A stretch of DNA of 56,610 bases, filler included, from Sphacelaria rigidula (lineage: Eukaryota): assembly GCA_964200075.2 (NCBI GenBank). It is 4 parts of 4 records of this genome, joined end to end, with 100 filler letters (N's around TTAATTAATTAA, not from the genome) between each part and the next. Parts side by side here need not be neighbours in the genome. Positions count along the whole stretch, not along the records: positions 1 to 14,079 come from CAXNAA020002468.1; positions 14,180 to 28,257 come from CAXNAA020002469.1; 2 more parts are not named here. One strand, 5' to 3'. The notes beneath the pieces were generated by a model. That model had not been told where the DNA came from, ran no database searches, and was given only the letters and a program-made list of their open reading frames with translations. A program made the position numbers and the translations under genes. Below are positions 14,008 to 28,257 of the stretch, piece after piece (positions within the stretch are counted from its first letter, which is position 1; the number at the start of each line of letters is the position of its first letter).

Positions 14008-14079
14008 GTTGGGTTTTTTCTTCGTAATGTATAATTTCCACCGTGGAAAGCGTGAGAACGTGAGTAAACAAAATAGTCG

Positions 14080-14179
14080 NNNNNNNNNNNNNNNNNNNNN
14101 NNNNNNNNNNNNNNNNNNNNNNNTTAATTAATTAANNNNNNNNNNNNNNNNNNNNNNNNNNNNNNNNNNNNNNNNNNNN
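14080..14179. other. Artificial contig linker (N run, TTAATTAATTAA, N run)
   Basis: 100-nt spacer with a six-frame stop cassette; the same design occurs at all three joins. Confidence 0.97.
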
Positions 14180-16450
14180 CGACTCGACCACTGATGACGC
14201 CGTTACTGTTGCTGACGACTCGATCACAGACGACACAGTCACGGACAACTCGACCACCGACGACACGACTGCAGACGAGTCAACCGCCGACGACACGGCT
14301 ACGGACGATTCGTTTGCGGACGACTCGACCACTGACGATTCCGCCACCGACGACACTGCCACAGGTGAGCTGACCACACACGATCTCACTACATGCGTTG
14401 GTATCACGGACCATTCGACGACTGACGACTTGACAAGAGGTACCCCAGCGCTTGACGACTCAACGGTAGACAGCCCCACCGGGAACGACGGGGCCATGAG
14501 AGATTCTTGCACACACGACTCGACCACGCATTCGATCACGATCGGCTTGACCACACACGATTCAGCAAACACATTCTCGATCATCGGCAACTTGACCACG
14601 GACGACTTGATCAATGATGCGTCGCTCACGGAAATGATGATCACGAAGGATTCGACAGTGATGAGCCTACCGCAAATGTCTCGGCCGGACACCGCTCAAT
14701 ACATGTGCTGACGAATAGAGAACACATCAGTCTACCACCAACGGTTCGACCACCCTCGCCTCAGCAACATGCGAACTGATCGCCGTCGATTCGGCCACAG
14801 ACCACAGACACCGGTTTCACAGACGACTCGATTACCGACGAGACGAGCACGGACACGTCGATCACCGGCGACTCGACCATCGTTTCCTTCACTGATGACT
14901 CGTCCCCGGATGACTCGACCATAGACGACTCGCTCACGTACGACGCGCTCACGGAAGACTGGCCCGCAGACGACTCGACCTCGGATAAACCGAGGACAGA
15001 CGACTCTCTCCCTAACGACTCGGCCACTTACGACTGCACCACGGAGGGATTGCCGCCAGACGAATCTCTTTCCCTCACGACTCGACCGCCGATGACTCGA
15101 CCACCAACGGTCCGACTACTGACTCGTTCATTGACGGCTCGACCACCGGCGATTCTACTACTGACGACTCGACCAACGTCGACTCGACCACTGATGACGC
15201 CGTTACTGTTGCTGACGACTCGATCACAGACGACACAGTCACGGACAACTCGACCACCGACGACACGACTGCAGACGAGTCAACCGCCGACGACACGGCT
15301 ACGGACCAGTCGCTCACGGACGACTCGACCACTGACGATTCCGCCACCGACGACACTGCCACAGGTGAGCTGACCACACACGATCTCACTACATGCGTTG
15401 GTATCACGGACCATTCGACGACTGACAAGTCGACAAGAGGTACCCCAGCGCCTGACGACTCAACGACAGACAGCCCCACCGGGAACGACGCGGCCATGGG
15501 AGATTCTTGCACACACGACTAGACCATCCATGTGATCACGATCGGCTTGACCACACACGATTCAGCGAACACATTCTCGATCATCGGCAACTTGACCACG
15601 GACGACTTGATCAATGATGCGTCGCTCACGGAGATGATGATCACGAAGGATTCGACAGTGATGAGCTGACCGCAGATGTCTCGGCCGGACACCGCTCAAT
15701 ATATGTGCTGACGAATAGAGAACACATCAGTCTACCACCAACGGTTCGACCATCCTCGCCTCAGCAACATGCGAACTGATCGCCGTCGATTCGGCCACAA
15801 ACCACAGACACCGGTTTCACAGACGACTCGATTACCGACGAGACGAGCACGGACACGTCGATCACCGGCGACTCGACCATCGATTCCTTCACTGATGACT
15901 CGTCCCAGGATGACTCGACCATAGACGACTCGCTCACGTACGACGCGCTCACGGAAGACTGGCCCGCAGACGACTCGACCTCGGATGAACCGAGGACAAA
16001 CGACTCTCTCCCTAACGACTCGGCCACTTACGACTGCACCACGGAGGGATTGCCGCCAGACGAATCTCTTTCCCTCACGACTCGACCGCCGATGACTCGA
16101 CCACCAACGGTCCGATTACTGACTCGTTCATTGACGGCTCGACCACCTGCGATTCTACTACTGACGACTCGACCAACGACGACGCGACCACTGATGACAT
16201 CGCTACTGTTACTGACGACTCGATGACAGACGACACAGCCACGGACAACTCGACCACCGACGACACGACTACAGACGAGACAACCACCGACGACACGGCT
16301 ACGGACGATTCGTTTGCGGACGACTCGACCACTGACGATTCCGCCACCGACGACACTGCCACAGGTGAGCTGATCACACACGATCTCACTACATGCGTTG
16401 GTATCACGGACCATTCGACGACTGACAGTTTGATCATGCATGACGTGTCG
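14180..16450 (+). repeat. Tandem array with exact 1000-bp period (about 2.3 units)
   Basis: Landmarks recur at +1000 (14275/15275/16275; 14364/15364/16364; ORF track 14761/15761). Built from degenerate GACGACTCGACCACT 15-mers. Confidence 0.95.
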
Positions 16451-19400
16451 CCACGTCGCAACGGCACACACCCTTACCGCGAACGAGTCAACTGCCGGGC
16501 ACTCGTGCACTGATGACATGACCATCAAGTTGATAGCGAATGACGCCACCGCAGAGTATCTAGCGGAGATGTAGTCCCTCACAGACGCCGTGATAACGGA
16601 CGACTTGCTCACTCGCTCACAGAGATCTCAGTCACGGACGAGCCAACCGTGAACGTAGCGACTGAAAATAATTCGGCTGCAGACGAGTCGACCACGGACG
16701 ACTCGTTTATCGACTACTCGACCACTGATGACTCGTCCAAGGACGTCTCACCGGCGACTCGATAACTAACGACTTGACCAATGATGACTCGTCCAATGAC
16801 GGCTCGTCAACGGCCGACACACCCACGGATAACTCGACCACTGTAGATTCGGGTGCAGACGACTCCACTTTCGACGACACCATCACAAACGACTCCATCA
16901 CTGACGACTCCACCACTGACGACTCCATCACTGACGACTCCATCACTGACGACTCCACCACTGACGAGTCTGTCACGGATGACACCACCACTGATGACTC
17001 CGCTACAGGTGAGTTGGTAACAGACGACCTCACGAAGAATGTCCTCGTCACGGATCATACACCACCTCACGGAACATATATGACGTTTCGCTACGACTCA
17101 ATGACAGACAGATTGACGGCGAATGACTCGACCACCGCCGACTCCTTCACTGACGAGTCGGCCACCGAGTGGACGGCGGATGACCCCACCACAAATGATG
17201 TGGCCAAAGTATAATCGAATACAGACGACTCCATCACGAATGACCGGATGAGTCGCTCACGGGAATCATGATCATAAGCGAGTCAACCATGAATAAAACG
17301 ACCAAAGAGCATTCCGCCGCAGACGCCTCGATCACAGACAACTGGACCGGTGATTTCCAGTTCAATGACGACTCGACCTCGGACGACTCGACCTCGGACG
17401 ACTCGACTTCGGACGACTCAACCACTGACGACTTTCCACTGACGACTAGATCAACGACGAAACGATCACTCACGGCTTGTTTACGGACGATTCGACCGTG
17501 GACAACTTGTTTAATGACCACTCATCTACCGACGACTTGGTCACTGACGGCTCGACCACTGACGGCTCGACCACTGACGACTCAACGGTAGACAGCCAAA
17601 CCGCGAACGACTCGACGACCGGAAGCTCGTTTACTGACGCATCGACCCTCGGAGACTCCTCCACGGACAAATCGACCACCGAGTTGACAACCATAAACTC
17701 CATCACAGATGGTTCAGAAGACGTACTCCACCACAAACGACGTTACTACAAACGACCTGATCAATCCCTCACTGACGGATCCCTTGATCACGGACGAATC
17801 ATCCGTGAACGAGGCGAACAAAGACAATCCGGACGAAGCCTAGTCGACAACGAACGACTCTACCTATGACTACTCGTTTACTGACGACTCGATAGCCGAC
17901 GGCTCGACCACTGACGACTCGACCACTGACTCTTCGACCACTTACGGCTTATTAACTGACAATCCCACTACTGATAACTCGTTCAATGACGACTCAATCT
18001 CCGACGACTGAACTGCTGACGATGCCACCACTGATGACTCGTTCATTGGCGGCTTGACGACGGACGACCCACTCACTGTGACTCGACCACTGCAGACTCG
18101 ACCGCAGACGACTCCACAACCGACGACTTGATCACGGACTACCCCACCACTGACGACTCCACCACTCATAACTCCACCACTCATAACTCCACCACTGATA
18201 CCTCCACCACCGATGACTCCACCATCACACCACTGATGGCTCCACCACTGACGACTCCACCACTGATGACTCCATCACCGATGACTCCACCACTGATGAC
18301 TTCATCACTGACGACTCCAAAACCGACGACTCGACGGATGACGACCCGTTTACAGACGACTCGATCGCCGACGACTCGATCACTGACGACTCGTCGACTG
18401 ACAGTTCAACATCTGACGGCTCGTTGACTGACAACTCCACCACTGACGACTCGTTCAATGACAACTGATTCACCGACGACTGGACCACTGACGATACCAC
18501 CACCGTTGATTCGTTCGCTGGCGTCTCGACGATGGACGACCCACTTGACGTAACTCGACCACTGCGGACTCGACCGCAGACGACCCCACGACCTACGACT
18601 CGATCACTGACGACTCCACCACCGATGACTCCACCACCGACGACTCCACCACAGGTGAGTTGGTGACAGACGACCTCACCATAGATGCCTTCGTCATGGA
18701 CCATCCAACGACTCACGACTCAACCAAGTATCATTCCGCTACGACTCAAGGGCAGACGGTCTGACTAACCGCGAGCGACTCGACTCCCGGACGACTCATC
18801 GACCCCGTTAGACAACTCCACTGCCCAGGCCACCACAAAGTTGACAACCAGGATCTCCACCATATACTACTTCATCACACACGACGGTACTACAAACGAC
18901 CTGATCACTTGCTCACAGCACTCTTGATCACGGGTAAGACAGCCGTGAAGGCGGCGACCAAAGACAATTTGAACATATACGGGTCGACAACAGACGACTC
19001 GACCGATGACGACTCGTTTACTGACGACTCGATCGCCGAGGACTCGACCACTGACGGTTTGTTGACTGACAATTCAACCTCTGACGGCTCGTTGACCATC
19101 AACTGCACCATTGACAACTCGTTCAATGACAACTGATTCACCGACGTCGGGACCACTGACGATGCCACCACTGTTAATTCGTTCGCTGCCGACTCGACGA
19201 TACACGACCCACTCACCGTGACTCGACCACTGCGGACTCGACCGCAGACGACTCCACGACCGACGACTCGATCACTGACGACTCCACCACTGACGACTCG
19301 ATCACTGACGACTCCACCACTGACGACTCCACAACTGACGACTTTACCACTGACGACTCCACGACAGGTGAGTTGGTGACAGACGAACTTACTATAGATG

Positions 19401-22400
19401 CCTTCGTCATCGACCATCCAACAACTCACGACTCAACCAGGCACGTTCCGCTACGACTCAAGGGCAGACGGTCTGACTAACCGCGAGCGACTCGACTGCC
19501 GGACGCTCGCTCACTGACGCATCGACCCTGTCGGACACCTCCACTGACCAGGCTACCGCCAAGTTCACAACCAGAATCTCCACCATATACTACTTCATCA
19601 CACACGACGGTACTACAAACGACCTGATCACTTGCTCACAGCACTCTTGATCACCGGCGAGACAGCCGTGAAGGCGACGACCAGAGACAGTTTGAACAGA
19701 TACGGGTCGACCACCGACGACTCGACCGATGATGACTCGTTTACAGACGACTCGATAGCCGACGACTCGACCACTGACGGTTCGTCGACTGACAGTTCAA
19801 CATCTGACGGCTCGTTGACTGACAACTCCACCACTGACGACTTGTTCAATGACAACTGATTCACCGCCGACTGGAGCACTGACGATGCCACCACTGTTGA
19901 TTTGTTCGCTGGCGTCTCGACGATGGACGACCCACTTGACGTGACTCGACCACTGCGGACCCGACCGCAGACGACCCCACGACCGACGACTCGATCACTG
20001 ACGACTCCACCACTGACGACTCCACCACCGATGACTCCACCACTGACGACTTCACGACAGGTGAGTTGGTGACAGACGACCTTACCATAGATGCCTTCGT
20101 CATGGGCCATCCAATAACTCACGACTCAACCAGACATGACGTCCCGCTACGACTCAAGGGCAGACGGTCTGACTAACCGCAAGCTACTTGACTACCGGGC
20201 GCTCGTTTATCGACCCATCGACCCCGTTAGACTCCTCCACTGCCCAGGCGACCACAAAGTTGACAACCAGAATCTCCACCATATACTACGTCATCACACA
20301 CGGCGGTACTACATGCGACCTGATCACTTGCTCACAGCACTCTTGATCACGGGTAAGACAGCCGTGAAGGCGGCGACCAAAGATAGTTCGAACCGATACG
20401 AGTCGACAACCGTCGACTCGACCGATGACGACTCGTTTACAGACGACTCGATCGCCGACGACTCGATCACTGACGGTTCGTCGACTAACAGTTCAACCTC
20501 TGACGGCTCGTCGACTGACAACTCCACCATTGACAACCCGTTCAATGACAACTGATTCGCCGACGACTGGACCACTGACGATGCCACCACTGTTGACTCG
20601 TTCGCTGCCGACTCGACGATACACGACCCACTCACCGTGACTCGACCACTGCGAACTCGACCGCAGACGACTCCACGACCGATGACTCGATCACTGACGA
20701 CTCCACCACTGACGACTCGATCACTGACGACTCCACCACTGATGACTCCACCACCGACGACTCTACCACTGACGACTCCACGACGGGTGAGTTGATGACA
20801 GACGACCTTACCATAGATGCCTTCGTCATGGACCATCCAACAACTCACGACTCGACCAGGCATGACATTCTGCTCAGCCTCAAGGGCAGACGGTCTGACT
20901 ATCCATGAGCGACTCGACTACCGGACGCTCGTTCACCGACGCGTCGACCCCGTTAGACACCTCCACTGACCAGGCTACCGCCAAGTTCACAACCAGGATC
21001 TCCACCATATACTACTTCATCACACACGACGGTACTACAAACGACCTGATCACTTGCTCACAGCACACTTGATCACGGACGAGACAGCCGTGAAGGCGGC
21101 GACCAAAGACAGTTTGGACAGATACGGGTCGACCACCGACGACTCGACCGATGACGACTCGTTTACTGACGACTCGATCGTCGAGGACTCGACCACTGAT
21201 GGTTTGTTGACTGACAGCTGCTCCACTGACGGCTTGTTGACTGTCAACTGCACTACTAAGGACTCGTCCACTTACGACTCATTTACCGCCGACTGAACCA
21301 CTGACGATGCCACCACTGTTGATTCGTTCGCTGGCGACTCGACGATGGATGACCTATTCATCGTGACTCGACCACTGTGGACTCGACCGCAGACGACTCC
21401 ACGACCGACGACTCGATCACTGACGACTCCACCACTTACGACTCCACCACTGACGACTCCACCACTGACGACTCCATCACTGACGACGCCACGACAGGTG
21501 AGTTAGTGACAGACGACCTCACCATAGATGCCTCCGTCAGGGACCATCCAACAACTCACGACTAGACCGGGCATGACGTTCCGCTACGACTCAAGGGCAG
21601 ACGGTCTGACTACTCGCGAGCGACTCGACTACCGGACGCTCGTTCACTGACGCATCGACGCCGGTAGACACCTCCACTGACGAAGCCACCACGAAGTTGA
21701 CAACCAGAAACTCCACCATATACTACTTCATCACACACGACGGTACTTCAAACGACACGCTCACAGCACTCTTGATCACGGACGAGACAGCCGTGAAGGC
21801 GGCGTCTAAAGACAGTTTGAACAGAGACAAGTCGACCACTGACGACTCGACTGATGAGGACCCGTTTACAGACGACTCGATAGCCGACGACTCGACCACT
21901 GACGGTTCGTCGACTGACAGCTCAACATCTGACGGCTCGTTGACTGACAACTCCACCACTGATGACTCGTCTAATGACAACTGATTCACCGCCGACTGGA
22001 CCACTGACGATGCCACCACTGTTGATTCGTTCGCTGGCGTCTCGATGATGGACGACCCACTTGACGTAACTCGACCACTGCGGACTCGACCGCAGACGAC
22101 CCCACGACCGACGACTCGATCACTGACGACTCGACCACTGACGACTCCACCACCGATGACTCCACCACTGACGACTCCACCACAGGTGAGTTGGTGACAG
22201 ACGACCTCACCATAGATGCCTTCGTCATGGGCCATCCAACAACTCACGACTCAACCAGGCATGTCGTCCCGCTACGATCAAAAGTCAAACGGTCTAACTA
22301 CTCGCGAGCGACTCGACTACCGGAAGCTTGTTCACCGACGCATCGACCTCGTTAGACACCTCCACTGACCAGGCCACCACAAAGTTGACAACCAGGATCT

Positions 22401-25400
22401 CCACCATATACTACGTCATCACACACGGCGGTACTACATGCGACCTGATCACTTGCTCACAGCACTCTTGATCACGGGTAAGACAGCCGTGAAGGCGGCG
22501 ACCAAAGACAGTTTGAACAGAAACAGGTCGACAACCGTCGACTCGACCGATGACGACTCGACCGATGACGACCCGTTTACAGACGACTCGATCGCCGACG
22601 ACTCGACCACTGACGTTTCGTCTACTAACAGTTCAACCTCTGACGGCTCGTTGACTGACAACTGCACCATTGACAACCCGTTCAATGACAACTGATTCGC
22701 CGACGACTGGACCACTGACGATGCCATCACTGTTGATTCGTTCGCTGACGACTCGACGATGGACGACCCACTCACCGTGACTCGACCACTGCGGACTCGT
22801 CCGCAGACGACTCCACGACCGACGACTCGATCACTGACGACTCGACCACTGACGACTCGATCACTGACGACTCCACCACTGACGACTTTATCACCGACGA
22901 CTCCACCACTGACGCCGCGTCGACGGGTAAGTTGGTGACAGACGACCTTACCATAGATGCCTTCGTCATGGACCATCCAACAACTCACGACTCGACCAGG
23001 CATGACATTCTGCTCAGACCCAAGGGCAGACGGTCTGACTATCCACGAGCGACTCGACTGCCGGACGCTCGTTCACCGACCCCTCGACCCCGTTAGACAC
23101 CTCCACTGACCAGGCTACCGTCAAGTTCACAACCAGAATCTCCACCATATACTACTTCATCACACACGACGGTACTACAAACGACCTGATCACTTGCTCA
23201 CAGCACTCTTGATCACGGACGAGACAGCCGTGAGGGCGGCGATTAAAGACAGTTTGGACAGATACGGGTCGACCACCGACGACTCGACCGATGACGACTC
23301 GTTTACTGACGACTCGATCGTCGAGGACTCGACCACTGACGGTTTGTTGACTAACAGCTGCTTCACTGACGGCTCGTTGACTGTAAACCGCTCTACTAAG
23401 GACTCGTCCAATGACGACTCATTTACCGCCGACTGGACCACTGACGATGCCACCACTGTTGATTCGTTCGCTGGCGACTCGACGATGGATGACCTATTCA
23501 TCGTGACTCGACCACTGTGGACTCGACCGCAGACGACTCCACAACCGACGACTCGATCACTGACGACTCCACCACTAACGACTCCACCACTGACGACTCC
23601 ACCACTGACGACTCCATCACTGACGACGCCACGACAGGTGAGTTGGTGACAGACGACCTCACCATAGATGCCTCCGTCAGGAACCATCCAACAACTCACG
23701 ATTCGACCGGGCATGACGTTCCGCTACGACTCAAGGGCAGACGGTCTGACTACTCGCGAGCGACTCGACTACCGGACGCTCGTTCATCGACCCATCGACC
23801 CCGTTAGACACCTCCACTGCCCACGCGACCACAAAGTTGACAACCAGAATATTCACCATATACTACTTCATCACACACGACGGTACTACAAGCGACCTGT
23901 TTACTCGCTCACAGCTACTCTTGATCACGGACGAGACAGCCGTGAAGGCGGCGACCAAAGACAATATGAACAGAAACAGGTCGACCACCGACGACTCGAC
24001 TGATCACGACCCGTTTACAGACGACTCGATAGCCGACGACTCGACCACTATTGGTTCGTCTACTGACAGTTCAACATCTGACGTCTCATAGACTGACACC
24101 TGCACCACTGACGACTCGTCTAATGACAACTCATATGACGAGGACCGGAACACTGATGATGCCACCACTGTTGATTCGTTCGCTGGCGTCTCGACGATGG
24201 ACGACCCACTCACCGTGACCCGACCACTGCGAACTCGACCGCAGACGACTCCACGACCGACGACTCGATCACTGACGACTCCACCACTGACGACTCCACC
24301 ACTGACGACTCCACCATCGATGACACCACCACCGACAACTCCACCACAGGTGAGTTGGTGACAGACGACCTCACCATAGATACCTTCGTCAGGGACCATC
24401 CAACAACTCACGACTCAACCAGGCATGTCGTCCCGCTACGACCAAAGGTCAAACGGTCTAACTACTCGCGAACGACTCGACCACCGGACGCTCGTTCACC
24501 GACGCATCGACCCCGTTAGACACCTCCACTGACCAGGCGACCACAAAGTTGACAACCAGAATCTCCACCATATACTACTCCATCACACACGACAGTACTA
24601 CAAGCGACCTGATCACTTGCTTACAGCACTCTTGATCACGGACGAGACAGCCGTCAAGGCGGCGACCAAAGACAATATGAACAGAAACAGGTCGATCACC
24701 GACGACTCGACCATTGACGACTCGTTCACTGACGACCCGATCGCCGACGACTCGACCACTGACAGTTTGTTGACTGACAATTCAACCACTGACGGCTCGG
24801 TGACTGACAACTTTACCACTGACGACTAGTTCAATGACAACTGATTCATTGCCGACTGGACCACTGGCGACGCCACCACTGTTGATTCGTTCGCTGGCGT
24901 CTCGACGATGGACGACCCACTTAACGTAACTCGACCACTGTGGACTCGACCGCAGACGACTCCACGACCGACGACTCGATCACTGACGACTCGATCACTG
25001 ACGACTCGACCACTGGCGACTCAACCACTGATGACTTCACCACTGACGACTCCACCACAGGTGAGTGGGTGACAGACGACCTCACCATAGATGCCTTCGT
25101 CAGGGACCATCCAACAACTCACGACTCAACCAGGCATGTCGTCCCGCTACGAACGAAGGTCAAACGGTCTGACTACTCGCGAACGACTCGACTACCGGAC
25201 GCTCGTTCACCGACGCATCGACCGCGTTAGACTCCTCCACTGACCAGGCGACCACAAAGTTGACAACCAGAATCTCCACCATTTACTACTCCATCACACA
25301 CGACCGTACTACAAGCGACCTGATCACTTGCTCACAGCACTCTTGATCACGGACGAGACAGCCGTGAAAGCGGCGACCAAAGACAATATGAACAGAAACA

Positions 25401-27934
25401 GGTCGACCACCGACGACTCGACCGATGACGACCCGTTTACTGACGACCCGATCGCCGACAACTCGACCACTGACAGTTTGTTGACTGACAATTCAACCAC
25501 TGACGGCTCGTTGACTGACAACTCCACCACTGACGACTTGTTCAATGACAACTGATTCATTGCCGACTGGACCACTGGCGACGCCACCACTGTTGATTCG
25601 TTCGCTGGCGTCTCGACGATGGACGACCCACGTAACGTAACTCGATCACTGTGGACTCCACGACCGACGACTCGAACACTGACGACTCGATCACTGACGA
25701 CTTCACCGCTGACGACTCGATCACTGACGACTCCACCACTGACGACTCCACCACTGATGACTCCACCATTGACGACTCCACCACAGGTGAGTTGGTGACA
25801 GACGACCTCACCATAGATGCCTTCGTCAGGGACCATCCAACAACTCACGACTCAACCAGGCATGTCGTCCCGCCACGACTAAAGGTCAAACGGTCTGACT
25901 AATCGCGAGTGACTCGACTACCGGACGCTCGTTCACCGACGCATCGACCCCGTTAGACACCTCCACTGACTAGGCCACCACAAAGTTGACAACCAGGATC
26001 TCCACCATATACTACTTCATCACACACGGCGGTACTACAAGCGACCTGATCACTTGCTCACAGCACTCTTGATCACGGACGAGACAGCCGTGAAGGCGGC
26101 GACCAAAGACAGTTTGAACAGACACAGGTCGACAACGGACGACTCGACCAATGACGACATGCTTACAGACGACTCGATCGCCGACGACTCGGCCACTGAC
26201 GGTTTGTTGACCGACAATTCAACCACTGACGGCTCGGTAACTGACAACTGCACCATTAACAACTCGTCCAATGACGACTCATTGACCGCCGACTGAACCA
26301 CTGACGATGCCACCACTGTTGATTCGTTCGCTGGCGACTCGACGGTGCGCGACCCACTCACCGTGACTCGACCACTGCGGACTCGATCGCAGACGACTCC
26401 ACGACCTACGACTCGATCACTGACGACTCGATCACTGACGACTCCACCACTGACGACTCTACCACCGACGACTCCACCACCGATGATTCCACCACTGACG
26501 ACTCCACCGCAGGTGAGTTGGTGACAGACGACCTCACCATAGATGCCTTCGTCATCGACCATCCAACAACTCACGACTCAACCACGCATGGCGTTCCGCT
26601 ACGACTCAAAGAGAGATGGTCTCACTAATCGCGAGAGACTCGACTACCGGAAGCTCGTCCACCGACGCATCGACCCCGTTACACACCTCTACTGATCAGG
26701 CCACCGCCAAGTTGACAACCAGAATCTCCACCATATACTACTTCATCACACACGACGGTACTACAAGACACCTGATCACTTGCTCACAGCACTCTTGATC
26801 ACCGGCGAGACAGCCGTGAAGGCGACGACCAGAGACAGTTTGGACAGATACGGGTCGACCACCGACGACTCGACCGATGACGACTCGTTTACAGACGACT
26901 CGATAGCCGACGACTCGACCACTGACGGCTCGTCAACTGACAGTTCAACATCTGACGGCTCGTTGACTGACAACTGCACCACTGACGACTCGTTCAATGA
27001 CAACTGATTCACCGCCGACTGGAGCACTGACGATGCCACCACTGTTGATTCGTTCGCTGGCGACTCGACGATGTACGACCCACTTGACGTAACTCGACCA
27101 CTGCGGACTCGACCGCAGACGACTCCACGACCGACGACTCGATCACTGACGACTCCACCACTGACGACTCCACCACCGACGACTCTACCACTGACGACTC
27201 TTCGACGGGTAAGTTGGTGACAGACGACCTTACCATAGATGCCTTCGTCATGGACCATCCAACGACTCACGACTCGACCAGGCATGACATTCTGCTCAGA
27301 CTCAAGGGCAGACGGTCTGACTATCCGCGAGCGACTCGACTACCTGACGCTCGTTCACTGACGCATCGACCCCGTCAGACACCTCCACTGACCAGGCTAC
27401 CGCCAAGTTCTCAACCAGAATCTCCACCATATACTACTTCATCACACACGACGGTACTACAAGCGACCTGATCACTTGCTCACAGCACTCTTGATCACGG
27501 ACGAGACAGCCGTGAAGGCGGCGACCAAAGACAGTTTGAACAGAAACAGGTCGACAACAGAAGACTCGACCGATGACGACAAGCTTACAGACGACTCGAT
27601 CGCCGACGACTCGGCCACTGACGGTTTGTTGACCGAAAATTCAACCTCTGACGGCTCGGTAACTGACAACTGCACCATTGACAACTCGTCAAATGACGAC
27701 TCATTTACCGCCGACTGAACCACTGACGATGCCACCACTGTTGATTCGTTCGCTGGCGACTCGACGGTGTGCGACCCACTCACCGTGACTCGACCACTGC
27801 GGACTCGATCGCAGACGACTACACGACCTACGACTCCATCACTGACGACTCCATCACTGACGACTCCATCACTGACGACTCTACCACCGACGACTCCACC
27901 ACCGATGATTCCACCACTGACGACTCGACCACAG
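14275..27934 (+). CDS. Putative array of 17 phase-1/phase-1 exons encoding an acidic Asp/Ser/Thr (DDSTT)n protein segment; start and stop not in the contig
   Basis: Candidate exons: 14275-14364, 15275-15364, 16275-16364, 16859-17008, 18580-18654, 19248-19367, 19971-20060, 20667-20786, 21393-21497, 22096-22185, 22807-22926, 23533-23637, 24245-24349, 24956-25060, 26393-26512, 27119-27208, 27815-27934. Each follows CAG, ends at GT[G/A]AG and is stop-free in the DDSTT frame. No transcript evidence. Confidence 0.45.
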
Positions 27935-28257
27935 GTGAGTTGGTGACAGACGACCGCACCATAGATGCCTTCGTCATCGACCATCCAACAACTCACGACT
28001 CAACCACGCATGACGTTCCGCTACGACTCAAAGACAGATGGTCTAACTAATCGCGAGAGACTCGACTACCGGACGCTCGTTCACCCTCCCATCCACCCCG
28101 TTAGACACCTCCACTCACGAGGCGACCACAAAGTTGACAACCAGAATCTCCACCATATACTACTTCATCACACACGACGGTACTACAAGACACCTGATCA
28201 CTTGCTCACAGCACTCTTGATCACGGACGAGACAGCCGTGAAGGCGACGACCAGAGA
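17700..28257 (+). repeat. Tandem array of about 14 units of 688-741 bp built on a 15-mer
   Basis: The AC(A/G)GGT(G/A)AGT landmark lies at 18654, 19367, 20060, 20786, 21497, 22185, 22926, 23637, 24349, 25060, 25786, 26512, 27208 and 27934. Confidence 0.96.

Noticed and set aside
14132-27996. Many minus-strand ORFs reading (VVESS)n or (SGGVV)n
   Set aside because: They are antisense shadows of the 15-mer and are fragmented, and I saw no per-unit splice signals on that strand. Third-position variation cannot distinguish the strands, so this rejection is provisional.
17700-28257. CRISPR-like repeat/spacer array
   Set aside because: Whole units are homologous with no unique spacers, there are no cas genes, and the context is eukaryotic.
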